A stretch of DNA of 53,761 nt, filler included, from Sluysia triapertura (lineage: Eukaryota), in assembly GCA_046118255.1 (NCBI GenBank). It is 4 parts of 4 records of this genome, joined end to end, with 100 filler letters (N's around TTAATTAATTAA, not from the genome) between each part and the next. Parts side by side here need not be neighbours in the genome. Positions count along the whole stretch, not along the records: positions 1 to 15,402 come from JBJNIA010229344.1; 3 more parts are not named here. One strand, 5' to 3'. The first letter of the stretch is position 1; the number at the start of each line of letters is the position of its first letter. The position numbers and the translations under genes are program-made. Below the pieces are notes generated by a model. It saw nothing but the letters and a program-made list of their open reading frames with translations. It was not told where the DNA came from and ran no database searches. Shown here one piece after another: positions 1 to 11,934 of this stretch.

Positions 1-289
1 CTCATATTCCATTCATCACATTTGCATCACTCTAAGTATAAAAAATTCAACATTCCATAATTAAAAATTAATTAAAAATTAATAAATCATCAAAAATTAA
101 AATCAAACAACGAATATAGTAATAATTTATTTTATTTGAAACGACATTATAAAAATAATGTTTACTAATGTATATTCCTGATTTTACTTGAATATGCCAA
201 GAGACATATATTCTAAAATAAAAAGGTTATAAAATATAATCAAAGATGATAAAATTAAGATTAAAATAAAAATGTGTTATTACTTTTAG

Positions 290-1020
290 TTCCTCGTACG
301 TTTCGGCAGTGGATGAACTATTGTTGCTATAATCGTGATTCACGTGATGTTCAGGTACAAACAGTTGCTGCCAATTAAAATTGAATCCAAGTTCCAATAA
401 AAGAACTCTTAATCTATCGTGATGAATGATAGAATCTGCTGGATAATTAGAACCTCCTTGACTTCAATACAAGTGTGACTGTATGTACATTTATCCCCGT
501 ATTCGTGACATTTTCCGGTTGGAGTACGGACACATAATCATGTGCAGAGTTCTGTTTCATTATCAAAAGACTTAAAATGTTCGGTTTTTGCTTTATCATT
601 TGATGCTGTTGTTTGTACTGAATTTACTTAATCAATTAGAACTAGTGAATTGACATTTACTGCATCTGTAATAGCTAATTTGTGAACTTTTTGATAATTT
701 TATTTCGCTTCATACTTTTATGTTTATTTATATAGATTTGGTTCAAATCTAAATTTGTGATTCTTTTATCATTGTTACAGATCATATTGATTTCTTCTGT
801 ACTAATACTTTGTATCTGCATGATTTTAACATAAATTTCGTTGATTTGTTCGTTTCAACGGTATATGAGTTTTAATAATGCTATATTTTCTAATTTCTTA
901 TCATTACATGATCGACCGTCTAGTATCAACTTTATTTTCTTAAGTTTCATTGTAAAAATGCAGTGATCATAATAATATTGAGCCACTCCAGACTCGCTGA
1001 TAATTACACTGTCATAATTA
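290..1020 (-). pseudogene. Possible decayed multi-C2H2 zinc-finger coding sequence
   Basis: Minus-strand translations give finger-like fragments broken by stops and frameshifts: YYRCSKCQFTSSN* (~630-680), IMCPYSNRKMSRIRG*MYIQSH (~475-540) and QYYYDHCIFTM (~950-985). No intact ORF. Confidence 0.25.
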
Positions 1021-1174
1021 TATATAGGAATTGATTATTAATGTTCTATTTAATATTATTCAAAAGCTTTGAATTTTATGTGACTGTGCAATTTCAATTT
1101 TTTTTAATGTTTTTTTACAACAATGTAGTTATTAGTTTTAATTCTAAAAAATCAATATTGAGTATAGAAATTTT

Positions 1175-1584
1175 TGTGTCGTGATTGGACGATCAATACG
1201 CATATAAATCATGATTGTTGTAAAAGGGACTAATTGGGTATCCAATCAGACAAAAATAATTCTGACATACAGCATGTTTGTATGTACAAATGATAAAGAA
1301 ACAGCCATCATTGATTCTCTCAGCAACTGTCATCAGTAGACAGTCAACAGAACAGTATAATTGATTTAAATAAATTTGTTCACTGATGACAGACCACTTA
1401 ATAAGAGTAATTAAAAATAATTATATCAAATAATAATAATTATAATACTAATGATCATAATAACGAACAATGTTAAATAATAATGATAATAATAGTATAA
1501 AAAGTTAAATACATAGATGATAATAAGTAATAATAATAGAATAAAGTTAAAAACATAAATTCTTGGTAAAATTCTGAAAACACA
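1175..1584. mobile_element. Candidate solo LTR (410 bp)
   Basis: Begins TGTGT (1175) and ends ACACA (1584), with an identical 5-bp flank ATTTT on both sides (1170-1174, 1585-1589). AATAAA lies near the 3' end. The internal motif TACTAATGATCATAATAA recurs at ~31927. The AT-rich TSD could be chance. Confidence 0.4.
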
Positions 1585-2203
1585 ATTTTTTTATTTATTT
1601 GTTCTTTTAGACTCTTATTCTCAAATGTGATTAAAATGTGAATTTGAATGTTTTGAGTGTAATTAAAGATGTGAATTATTGATTTGAGTAAGGATGTGAT
1701 TTGAATGTAGGAATTGTAAATTTGAATGCTTTAAATGAATTTTTAAATGAGTATTGATGATTTTGAATTTCGTTATTGTTTGGATATTGTAAGGTCGTGG
1801 ATTAAAATATTCTGAATAACTTTAAATTGTAGATTGATGGTTTTAAATATAATTGTAATTCTGATATTATGGATTATTATAAGTTAAAATATTTTAAGTA
1901 AAATTTAATATATGTTAGTAGCTTTGAATATAGAGGTGGTTTTGGTGTCGTAAAATTGTAATTTAAAGTATATTAGATGATAGTAGTTCTAGTGGATCTG
2001 AAGGCATAAAATATGAAAAAGGTTTTGGTAGAAAAATTGGTAGATGTTATAGAATGTGCGATATGTTGGATTAATTTTAAAATGTTTTAATTTTATTTTT
2101 AAGTGTATTATTGATGATTTTCGATGCCGAATAAGATTTTGCTGTTGTGAAATTTTATGTTTAAAATGCTTGATAATGAAAACAATTGTGAACATTGTGA
2201 AGG

Positions 2204-2460
2204 ATGATTTTATTGTGTCTTGATAAAATAAAATTCTTAAAGTATTGGGTTGGCCACCACAATACCAATGTTCTCGAATGTTTACATAGTAAACAAATGG
2301 ACTTCTCAGTCAAAATGGATATGCAAACCCCCCTTACTGGCGACTATCGAAAACCTCATATACAAGCTCAAGGTAGAAATTCCTCCCAACTTTTTCTCAC
2401 TGACATCAAGTCGTTTATTGATTATTATCAGAAATTTCTCAATTATCAGTGGTATGCTTG
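2204..2460 (+). mobile_element. Degenerate LTR-retrotransposon (Ty3/Gypsy-like) RT palm/thumb fragment
   Basis: The ORF contains KIKFLKYWVG and DIKSFIDYYQKFL, resembling the RT motifs 'I.FLG(Y/H).I' and 'SFLG...YYRKFI'. Confidence 0.3.
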
Positions 2461-2645
2461 TGGCCTCATAGTTCAACAACAATTATTAACATGTTCCTTA
2501 TGACCAGCAGCACCAGCATGAATATCGATTTCTTAAATGGACAATCAGTATCAGCCTATTACATCAACTACTTTTTACATAAATATGATATATAAATTCC
2601 ACATATTTGATTATGTACGTACTTGTTTTTGTTTTAAAATAAAAA

Positions 2646-2697
2646 GCGAGATGTCCCGGGCTCGATTCCCGGTCAGTCCATTTTATGAAGTCTAACA
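2646..2697 (+). mobile_element. 5'-truncated copy of a tRNA-derived SINE-like repeat
   Basis: GCGAGATGTCCCGGGCTCGATTCCCGGTCAGTCCA (T-arm and acceptor 3' half) is followed by TTTTATGAAGTCTAACA. The tail is identical to that of the full tRNA-like copy at 37576-37664 (-). Confidence 0.6.
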
Positions 2698-2842
2698 GTC
2701 ATAAGAATCAGCATAATTTGTGAAAAATTCATAATCAGATATATAATCTTAGTCACAATCACTGTTTTTGGTATAATTCGATTATAAGCAATCTCTCCTA
2801 GATATTGGAGCTTATCATACCTTTTCATTCAAATTTACAATT

Positions 2843-2905
2843 GCTGTGGTTTTCTTAACTTTTAACCTTCATAAAAATAAATTTTGGCACAGTCCGGTTA
2901 GAGTA
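2843..2905 (+). repeat. Dispersed repeat family A, copy 1 (LTR-end-like, TGTGGTTTTCTTAAC...)
   Basis: GCTGTGGTTTTCTTAACTTTTAACC...AAAATAAATTTT matches copies at 3431, 28402 and 38460-38560 (-). Confidence 0.6.
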
Positions 2906-3430
2906 AATTCAAATAATATATCAAGAACTTATGTAAATTTAACTTTAATCAAAATCTGGAATATGACTTATTTAATTATAAGGTTTATAACGAAATCACT
3001 TAAACCTATGTAAAATCATAAAAATTATCAGGGTAACTATATTCTTTTAATCAAATAACTTAGTAAACTTATCAATAATTACTCAAAATTAAATAAAAAC
3101 GCATCTTAATGAAGAATAATTATAGCTTATCAAATATACTCATTGTAAAATCAAAAACTTATACCAATAGAAACAACTTAGACTTAATATCAAATTAACT
3201 TAATATAATCAAATATTCAATGTTATTTAATTTTACAACTTAAACTTATCAAGAACTTAATGTAACGTCAGATTATAACTTAGTTTAGAAAATTTAATAT
3301 TTAATATCACTTGAGGCGTTTAAAATACAATAGCTTAATTTTGGAAATTTTATATTTTATGTCAACAGAGAGGTTAAATTATAGCTTAACTTAAACAATT
3401 CAGTGTATAGTGTTAGGTTCCACAATTTGA

Positions 3431-3530
3431 TGTGTTTTTCTTAACTTTTAACCTACGGTGAAATAAATTTCATCACGGTCTGGTTGTAGGAACGTAAAGT
3501 GGAACCATAACTGACAATTCGTAAAGTCAA
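3431..3530 (+). repeat. Dispersed repeat family A, copy 2
   Basis: TGTGTTTTTCTTAACTTTTAACCTACGGTGAAATAAATTT...GTCTGGTTG...GACAATTCGTAAAGT. Confidence 0.6.
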
Positions 3531-3844
3531 TTTTGACATTTAATCTCATTTATTCTTTCAATTTCTTCACTTGCCTTAACTTACTTTATAAGATTACTTT
3601 ATCAGAGGGCTTTTGCTTAAATAATGCAACAATCTTTAAGTTATTTAACTAAATTCAGTGGCTAACATAAACTTCTATAATGAAAATTTTTTGTGCTACT
3701 AATTTTATGATTAATATAACTGCTTTAATTTAAGTTTAATCTTTCTCAGAATTAATAATAAAATTAATTAATAATAATATTAATTAATTAATATATTTTT
3801 AGTTTAAAGGTTTTATTAAGGTTCTAGAGTTATTTAGTACCTTA

Positions 3845-4120
3845 TAAGGCATTCAGGAGGCTCTAGATGTTTTCACCTTCACCACTCTGATTCATTTTCC
3901 TACTTCTTTATATTGAATACTACAATATTAAACTTAACTTTAATATTATTAACAAAGATTTTATTTCTCAGATATTCTAAAGATTTAAGTTACTTTAATG
4001 TTCATCAAGTTTTTAAGATTAATTAAAGGTCAATAAGATCTCAAAAGATCTTAAGGTTCACAAGTTTAAAGATACTCTAATGCCTTTAAAGGTTTTCCAA
4101 TTTCACAAGGCCTCAACACC
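3845..4120 (-). repeat. Dispersed repeat family B, copy 1 (possibly decayed Gypsy gag 5' region)
   Basis: Shares TTTCACCTTCACCACT and AAGGTTCACAAGTT.AAAG...TAAAGGTTTTCCAA with 27020-27245. The minus strand of copy 2 reads LENL*KHCGTFELVNLE and SGEGESIY, loosely gag-like. Confidence 0.5.
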
Positions 4121-5474
4121 TTATGTAGGCCTTTGGAACTCTAAGGTATTCTTCTGCTGCTATCATTATTAGAGATGTTTTCATTTACATAATTCTTATT
4201 CCAACAATGTTCAATCCGTCACTTTGTATATGTTCTTCCTTCAATTTACTACTGCATATGTTTCTTACTTATCTTCTGATCCGCAGATAGGCAATCTCAA
4301 AATTATCTTTTGCAAGTGACCAAACTTTGTAATTGATACTTTTGTATTGTTATAATTAATTGACAGACATTTGTGTCATAATTATAAGGATATGAACATT
4401 TTGTTTGTTGTGATTTTTAGTAATGCATTTTGTTAACTGACAATCCCAAGAAATTGATTTATGTTAAAGTATAACTGATAATTTCTATATATTTTGTTAT
4501 TATCGTGATTAAAGAATAATTCATAATATGTACCTGTTTTGTGATTAATAAAAATGTGTGGAAATTTAATTTTGTTATTGAGTTGTTATTATTAATTTGA
4601 AATAAAGTCATAACATGTGGAAAAATTCTTCGCAGAAGCCATTTTTTAATTCTTAATATATATGGAAAACTACTCATTCAAATTTTAAACATCATTTCAG
4701 TCATACCATTTTGTTATTTTAATAAGTTATCAAATTATTTTAGTAAATTATTACTTGTATAGTATGACACAAAATATAAATATTTTAAGTTTAGAATTTT
4801 GTGAAAAACCGAAAAAACCTTTTATTTTCAGTGCAAGGGCTAAGAATAACGATAATAGTATTGGTAATTTAATTTTTGCAGATCACCCTTAAAGTTATTT
4901 ATTCTTATTCATAATGCGTAGTAAAAACTAATACAGGTTACACTATTTTAAAGTATCCTACTTGATAAATATTTTCTTATTAACGAATTAATGATATACT
5001 GCATATTACAACAAATAATATACGTACAAGTGGACCAATATGTTTCGCATAACAAAACTACACAATACAATTTAGCAGCGAAATCAAATTTTTGAAATTA
5101 ATTAAGTTTCTGAAACGACTCACGAAAATAATCGCGAGAATTATATTCTGACACAGCATTTGGATATTATTTTTATACTTAAAGTAGATAAATAACTTTT
5201 AATAATTATAAACCTTTTTGAATATCTATTTAACAAATATTTTATAAAATTTTTTATTGTTATTAATTACTCCTGTGTTTATATAATATGTATTAAAACC
5301 AGATTAATAAATACATTACCTAAAGTAAAATTAAATAAATAGTTGGGCTATGAATAAATTAAGTTGATTTTTAACTAATAAAAAACATTCATTATTGATG
5401 TTACGAAATAAAAATATAATTTGTAAATGTAAACAATCTACATAGTGAATATAAAATGATTAGGAATTAATAGA

Positions 5475-8400
5475 ATGGAGAAAAGTTTATCTAGCTACAC
5501 GGCCTTAAGAATACTACATGATGAATTGAAGATTTTAATTCGGAAATATCGTCCAAATAGACACTTTTTTTATTTTGTATCGGTTTCATTTAGGAATGGA
5601 ATTTTACGTTATTTTACAATATTTAATTTCATTTTATTGTTTATTGTAATTGTTGAATTTTTATATAACACAGTTTATGTTGGGTAAGTATAAAAATTGC
5701 ATAAATAATATAAAATAAAAGCTATTGTGATGTTTGGACAATTTTAATTGTTTTGAATTCACTTCTGGTAACTAGTATGAATTTGTTACTAATTGCTATT
5801 GATACTAGAGCAAAGTATGATTGGCTTTTTGACAAAATTGGTCAGTTATGTAAAGATATTCAAGGTTGGTTTGAAGTTTTACTTAATTATGCATTAGATA
5901 TAATGGATGGTGATTGTGCTGGTTGGAGAGATGCAAGTAATTATCCATTTGTGAGAATTCCATTTGCTAATTCCGTCAATTTACAGTGGACAATCCGTGA
6001 CGGTCATTTGGTAAATCTGCCGGTTGCGTTATTAGTTAAAGGTGATAAAATTGTGCTTCGTCCTGGCCAAATTGTGTTTGTGAAATGCACAGTGGATGAA
6101 AGTGGACATAGGATGAATAAGGTTAATATAAATACAGTAAATTTTATAGGATTATGGATGTGAATCATTTTCATTTAAATTTTTTTACTAAATTCGATTA
6201 GAGTATGCAAATAGAAATAGATTTTGATTGATTTTTAAATTTTGCTAAAATTTTCGGTTTTATTATTATTTCTCTTTGATTTTACAACAGACCTCATTTG
6301 AACCTGGCGATACGTTTCTTAATGAGGGCGCTACCACAACAAACAAACCGAAAACGCCACAGCATCACACAGTCCAGGCAACTGTAATAGCAACTGTAGA
6401 AGAATCTGTAGTTCTGAAACAATTGGATATACAATTGACCGATCAGTGTAAAGTATCAGCAAATTATATTACGATTCCCGAAAGATACATTGAATTCAGT
6501 TTGTGTGCTCTAGTTGGAGTAGTGTGTTTTATGGCTATAGTGCAATTGATGGGACATGTGGTGTACACACACATATACAAGTTAGTCTAATTACACTAAG
6601 TAAGAAGTTTTCTATGTGAATATAATGTAAGAATGGTTTCGACTGTCGCGTAAGAAATGCTGCATGAATAATATTAAAAAGGGTTGACAATTTACTAAAA
6701 ATTCACTAAAATTTGTAACAATTTTCACTCACAAATTTGTCACCGAGTAGGAATTGGGCCACGTACTACAAAAATTCAATGAAATTAATTTATAGAACAC
6801 AGTCATCAACTATGGACAATATTTGGTAAAACCAATGATTGCTTAATCGATATACAATGAGGGCCAAATTATTAGACTAAAACAGGAAAAATATTTTTTC
6901 TTTGGTTTTCTTAATATTTGCTACTCTGGAAACTCTCCAGACATGAATCCTATAGAAAATTTGTGGAAGATTGTCACAATGTGAATTGTGATAAATTGTG
7001 TTCTCACATTCTACATGAATAAAATTTCTGCATATTTTGGATCTCTGTATTTTTATCTATTATTTTACTTTCAGCAGAATTTTTTGGAAAAGTAGTTATT
7101 TTCTAACATTTTATATTTTCCTTGACAATATTTTTATTCCATTTTGATTAATAGTTTCGTAGTATCCTTGAAAAATGTTGAATTTTATCATCAATATGGC
7201 TGTCTTTAGTCTAATAATTTGGCCATATCTAGAACCTTGTAACGTCACATTGAATTGATTTTTGATGACTTTACGTTTCTCATATTATTAATGTGGTGAA
7301 TCATATGACGTCAGAGCTAGGATCTTCTGAATCGAATTCCCGATGACTCATTTATTTGCTGCAACAGAAAATGCCCTGGTCCAAGACAACACCATAGACT
7401 GCCTTTACCAGAAACGTTTTGTGTGTAGTTTGTGCAGCTTGTTACATACTTTTATTTTGATAGTTTTAGTAATCGCATCTCTATAGGAGGAAATGTGTAT
7501 GAATGTGATAGCTTCTGAGGCAATCTAGCAACGTTTATTGTGGTTATTTATCCAATTTTACTAATAATGTAGAGTCCTTCGTTTTAAGCTTAATTTATCT
7601 TCAACTTCTTGTCTGAAATTAAGAAATTAATGAAGTTTATGTTCAGAAAATTTAAATATCTTAGAATGGAATCATCATAGTTCATTATCTAATGAACCAA
7701 AAGATGGACAACTTGAAATAAATTATTTATTGGTAAATATAACTACTTACATGGTTGTTGGAAGTGTACTGCGTATAACAATATAATGTTGCTTATGTAT
7801 TGCGTAATTGAGAGTGCAATGTTTTTGCACAAAATTATGTCGATGTTGTCAATTTTATCAATATCTTTTTGCATAGTTTGTTATTTATATATTTATATTT
7901 AGCTTATTAAAAACGAAGTCTTACATTTCTCACTTATTATTGGTCGGATTGCCTCTCCAATTACCATTGTTACTTTCTTTCTCATTAGCCAATAGCAAAT
8001 GGAGCCTGTGTAACTTGTTACGAAAATTCGAGTTGTGTCGTGTACACAAACTAGAAATGAACCAATTTTCACAGATGACTGGAGGAGATACTCGTGACTC
8101 AAACGTGCGAGTGATTTCCTGTGACAGTATTCCAAGTTCAGACTCTCAATCTAGCTCCTCTTCTTCATCGATCAGAAACAGTCAAATAAGTCGAGTCGGA
8201 GAAGATGTAACATCTATTGTTCGCATGCCCATGGTTGGTAGCAAGTTGGTTATTATGCTCTATTTTCTTTATCTTTGATTTAAATATTATTTGTTGAGGA
8301 TAATTGCGAAGCTCAACCCAATTCACATTTCAGAAAGGAATGCCTGTTGGATCACTGGAGTAACTTGCTGAATCCGGATCGTCAGATCTCGGTTCTTTTG

Positions 8401-9217
8401 TTTTCTTTGAGTAATTTGACTTCTTTGTGCTGTGTTGACAAAAAAGGTATACTGTCCGACCCAATTGCCACTCCAGAGAAGTTGTTTTTCTATCGTCGCC
8501 GTCACAAAAACCGATCCAGCAGTCTAATGAATATTAATGCAACTAATAATTCAAGTGCGACTCCTCGGGGCAACATGGCCGGTGACATCATATCCACACT
8601 TTCTGTGACTCCTTCTGGAGACAACATAACTAGTGACACATCTATCATTTCTGTGGCGAGAAATTTTTCCAAAGCGATTGTTGAAACGACTCCTGCATCG
8701 ACAAATGATTCTACTCGTCATAAATCCATGATGGTTAATTTTCTGTTTTATTATATGCGGAAATTGCTTCTGATTTATAAAAATAAATCATAACTTTATC
8801 AAAAGGAATGATGGTATCTACAAGAACCATTCTAAGTTTACTGAATAAGTAATAAGTAGTTTAATTCTAACATGTGGTATTATTTCAGCACGGACACTCG
8901 ATTGACCAACACCAGAACTCACTGACCATAGCTACTTCGGCAGCCACCTCGTCATACACACCGGTCATTCTCGATATTTCTCGTACCACAAACAATCCCT
9001 ACCAATTGACATTCGACGATTGTAAGTGGCAACGATACATCTCGTCACTGAAGCCCATTGGACTTAATATTCTTTCAAATAATTGTAATTCGACGGCAGC
9101 TGATAAGTTCCGACAATTTACGGACACGATCAGTGTTTTGTTTTATGATGTTAGTGTATTAATCGAAATAAGATTGTACGAGTAGTGTATCGTGCCAGTA
9201 TTAGAAACAAGGAAAAG
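5475..9217 (+). CDS. TMEM94: Transmembrane protein 94 (KIAA0195/ERMA, P-type-ATPase-like), 5' portion only. Exons 5475-5683, 5722-6121, 6291-6580, 7903-8233, 8299-8733, 8889-9149, 9186-9217
   Basis: Diagnostic matches to remembered human TMEM94 motifs: LSSYTALRILHDEL; YPFVRIPFANSVNLQWTIRDGHLVNLPVALLVKGDKIVLRPGQ (human RDGHLVNLPVSLLVEGDIIALRPGQ); LCCVDKKGILSDP; FDDCKWQRYISSLKPIGLNIL. All six GT-AG introns join in frame. The last small exon (CIVPVLETRKR) is less certain. No C-terminal exons were found. Confidence 0.92.
6855..7228 (+). mobile_element. Non-autonomous Tc1-like element in TMEM94 intron 3
   Basis: Perfect 20-bp inverted repeat GGCCAAATTATTAGACTAAA (6862-6881 / 7205-7224), with TA before CA at 6853-6856. 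The internal remnant SPDMNPIENLWK (6934-6969) is the Tc1 'SPDLNPIENLW' catalytic motif. Confidence 0.8.
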
Positions 9218-10461
9218 GTCTTTGGGCAAAGAGAAATAGAGGTTGAAGAACATTTAATATCAGAGCAGAACTTCTGAATTGTTACTACTGCATATCCTAT
9301 TCTAAACAATATTTATTAGCAGTTTTATCTCTTTCTGATAGAATAATATGAGATTTAGTGTATAATATTGAGTTTTATTAGTATTTTTAATGATGAAGTA
9401 TGCGAAGCACGTTGACGAAGATAACGTAAAAATTAGTTATTTTAATTAGTTTTAATTTAAAATTAAAGTTAAATATGTTCCGATATTTACGTAATTATAA
9501 AGTATATATTAAATTGATGCTTACGAAGATACTAAACTAAATGTCATTGAACTTGACGTGCGAAGTATGGTTACTAGACAAAAGATTCCTATAGAAAAAT
9601 AAATTTATTATTCCATTAATTTATCCTTAATTTAAGTTAATAAATTGCGTTATTGATAGAATAGTTTATAATAATATTAAATTTTAATTTAATTTCGCTG
9701 AAAAGATAAGGGGATTGTTTATTACAAATGAAATTGGACACAGGCAGAAATTACAGTTGGAATTTATCACTTACCATGGACTAAAAATAATGAACAGATT
9801 AATTTCCAATTTCCCAAATGACTGTCAAACTGCGATATAAGCAATCATAATTTTACAGAAAAGTCAGAAAACTAAATCAAGGAAAGATAATGAAAAAATT
9901 TGAAGACTTGTTAGCTTTATTTGTGGAAAACAGTGAAATTGAGGCTTATTCTTCAGCATTCGATTACAATTTTTTTATAACCAATTAGTTATAAAACAAT
10001 TAATATGTACTTCGAATAAATGTACTTTAGATTATTTTTGTTCTTTAGTTCTTGATAAATTTAGTTTGAATATTATAATCGATAATAGAAACTTTAGTAA
10101 ATTTGTACCTTTTTATAAACAATCATTAGTATACTCAATAAATTTAATGTGTATACTTTTACACTAAATAAATTAAAAATTGAATTTAACAAACATATAT
10201 CAAAAAGTTTTATACTCAATTTCGATATCTTTACACCAAATAAATACAACTTTAATAAATTACAAATCACGATTGGGATATAAATTAGAAATGAAAAATA
10301 ACAATGGATTTTTAATAAATTAAGATGTTTAACATTATTATTATTTGTAATTGAATCAGATATTACTTGATTATCGATAGCTTCCATATCTTCTATAGAA
10401 TAAATAGACCGGCCCTGTGGAAGGTATTAAATTCAGGTTCCCTATTGCACCAAATGATATA

Positions 10462-10952
10462 TTGGGTTGGGGCATAAGTTCGTGCGGTTTTTTACAATTA
10501 TGAAAAATGCATACTGATCAAGAATAAAAACCATGTAAAAAATTCAAGATAACAAAATAAATTTATTAAGTCATTAGAAAAAACAAATATCTCAGTCTCT
10601 AACGTTGAGATATTCTCCGCCACAATCGATCACTTCCTTCCACCGTTCTGGTAGTTTGTCAATCCCACGTTTGAAGAAGCTTGGTGACTTTTGGTCGACT
10701 GTGTTTTCTCCATAAACGCAACAAATCATTCTAGTGGCTTTTGCATCGTTAAAATGTTGATTAAAATAGAAAAGTAAAAGATGCTGGAAATGTTCATTTT
10801 TATCTATCTGACACTCCATTTTAATGAGGGTAATGAAAGTGAAAGTTAGTCAAAAATGATTTAAATAGATAATTCAGCTGAATGAATATAACTCAAATCA
10901 GTTAAAACAAGAAGTTGGAGTGTTTTCTTTGTAACAAATAAAACCGCACGAA
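10462..10952 (-). mobile_element. Internally deleted mariner element carrying a 75-aa ORF (10592-10819)
   Basis: TA + TTGGGTTGGGGCATAAGTTCGTGCGGTTT is a mariner-type TIR with a partial partner AAACCGCACGAA (10941-10952). The ORF is the mariner N-terminal HTH (HFQHLLLFYFNQ...ATRMICCVYGENTV) fused to the C-terminus (FFKRGIDKLPERWKEVIDCGGEY). Confidence 0.85.
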
Positions 10953-11559
10953 TAATGTATTGGTTGCATTATATACAATTATAGAACGGAATTGAAGAAA
11001 TTATTGGCTATATTGTAATTTTAGCATAAAATAAACGAACACATAACATTTAATTTAATATTTTAAATTCACAAAATAACTAAATACAGTCGATAATATA
11101 ATTACCTGTGCACTCTTTAATTATCAAGTATATCCTGATGTTTTACATCATTTTCAAGTATTTGCACTTCTGTCACTACCATCTCAGTCGAGTTCGAAAT
11201 TAATGTCTACCTTATAGAGACCGATTTGATTGATAATATTTTTATAAACAAAGATTCATCGAGTGTTAATACTCGATAATTTCAGAGGTAGGTTGTTCAG
11301 GCCGATGGTGCAAAACTCTGGCGGAAAATCAGTGAATTCCTGTAAAGCCAGTTCTTTTTCCTACTAAAAGGTTGTCCAAATTGCTGAAGTAGTTCAACAT
11401 GATGAAGTTCAACTTCAATTTTTATAGATTTGCCACAGTCGGTATTGACCAATTTATACTGTTTTTAATTAAGTTTGTACATCATTTTGTCCAGTTTGTT
11501 TCACTATATTTCAGCTGTGATCGATGAACCAGGTTTCATGAAATCATAATGAAACAATC

Positions 11560-11810
11560 ATCATCAGCTTCTTTTGATGATTCATCCGTTCGAACCATCG
11601 TGCTGAATTTTTGCGATTGTTATGTTAGATCCATTTATCAAAAATGGATCAGATTTGTGAGACGAGAAAGCTTTTTCTGTTTTTCATGCAATTCGTGTGG
11701 AACCTACGTATTTGAGCTAAATGAGTGTTAATTTGTTTGTTTGCTTCCTCGATAATTTATAGGCACTCTGAGGTGGGTAAAACTCAATTGTGAATGTTTA
11801 TTAATGAGGT
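11560..11810 (-). mobile_element. Decayed mariner transposase fragment (linker region)
   Basis: The minus strand reads *VPHELHEKQKK (mariner WVPHEL with W->TAG, ~11670-11708), followed after a frameshift by DKWI*HNNRKNSARW (cf. DEKWIYYNN.KR..W). Confidence 0.6.
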
Positions 11811-11934
11811 CAAAGTTACAAGCAGAACCTATAGTTGTATTGTAGTCAAAAATATAAAACCATTGTCAACCATCAAACATAACCGCAACATATCAACCTT
11901 TCATATTATATTCGATACGATGATATACCTTCAG

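Noticed and set aside
7899-8505. Minus-strand ORFs 7899-8135 and 8323-8505
   Set aside because: Antisense shadows of TMEM94 exons.
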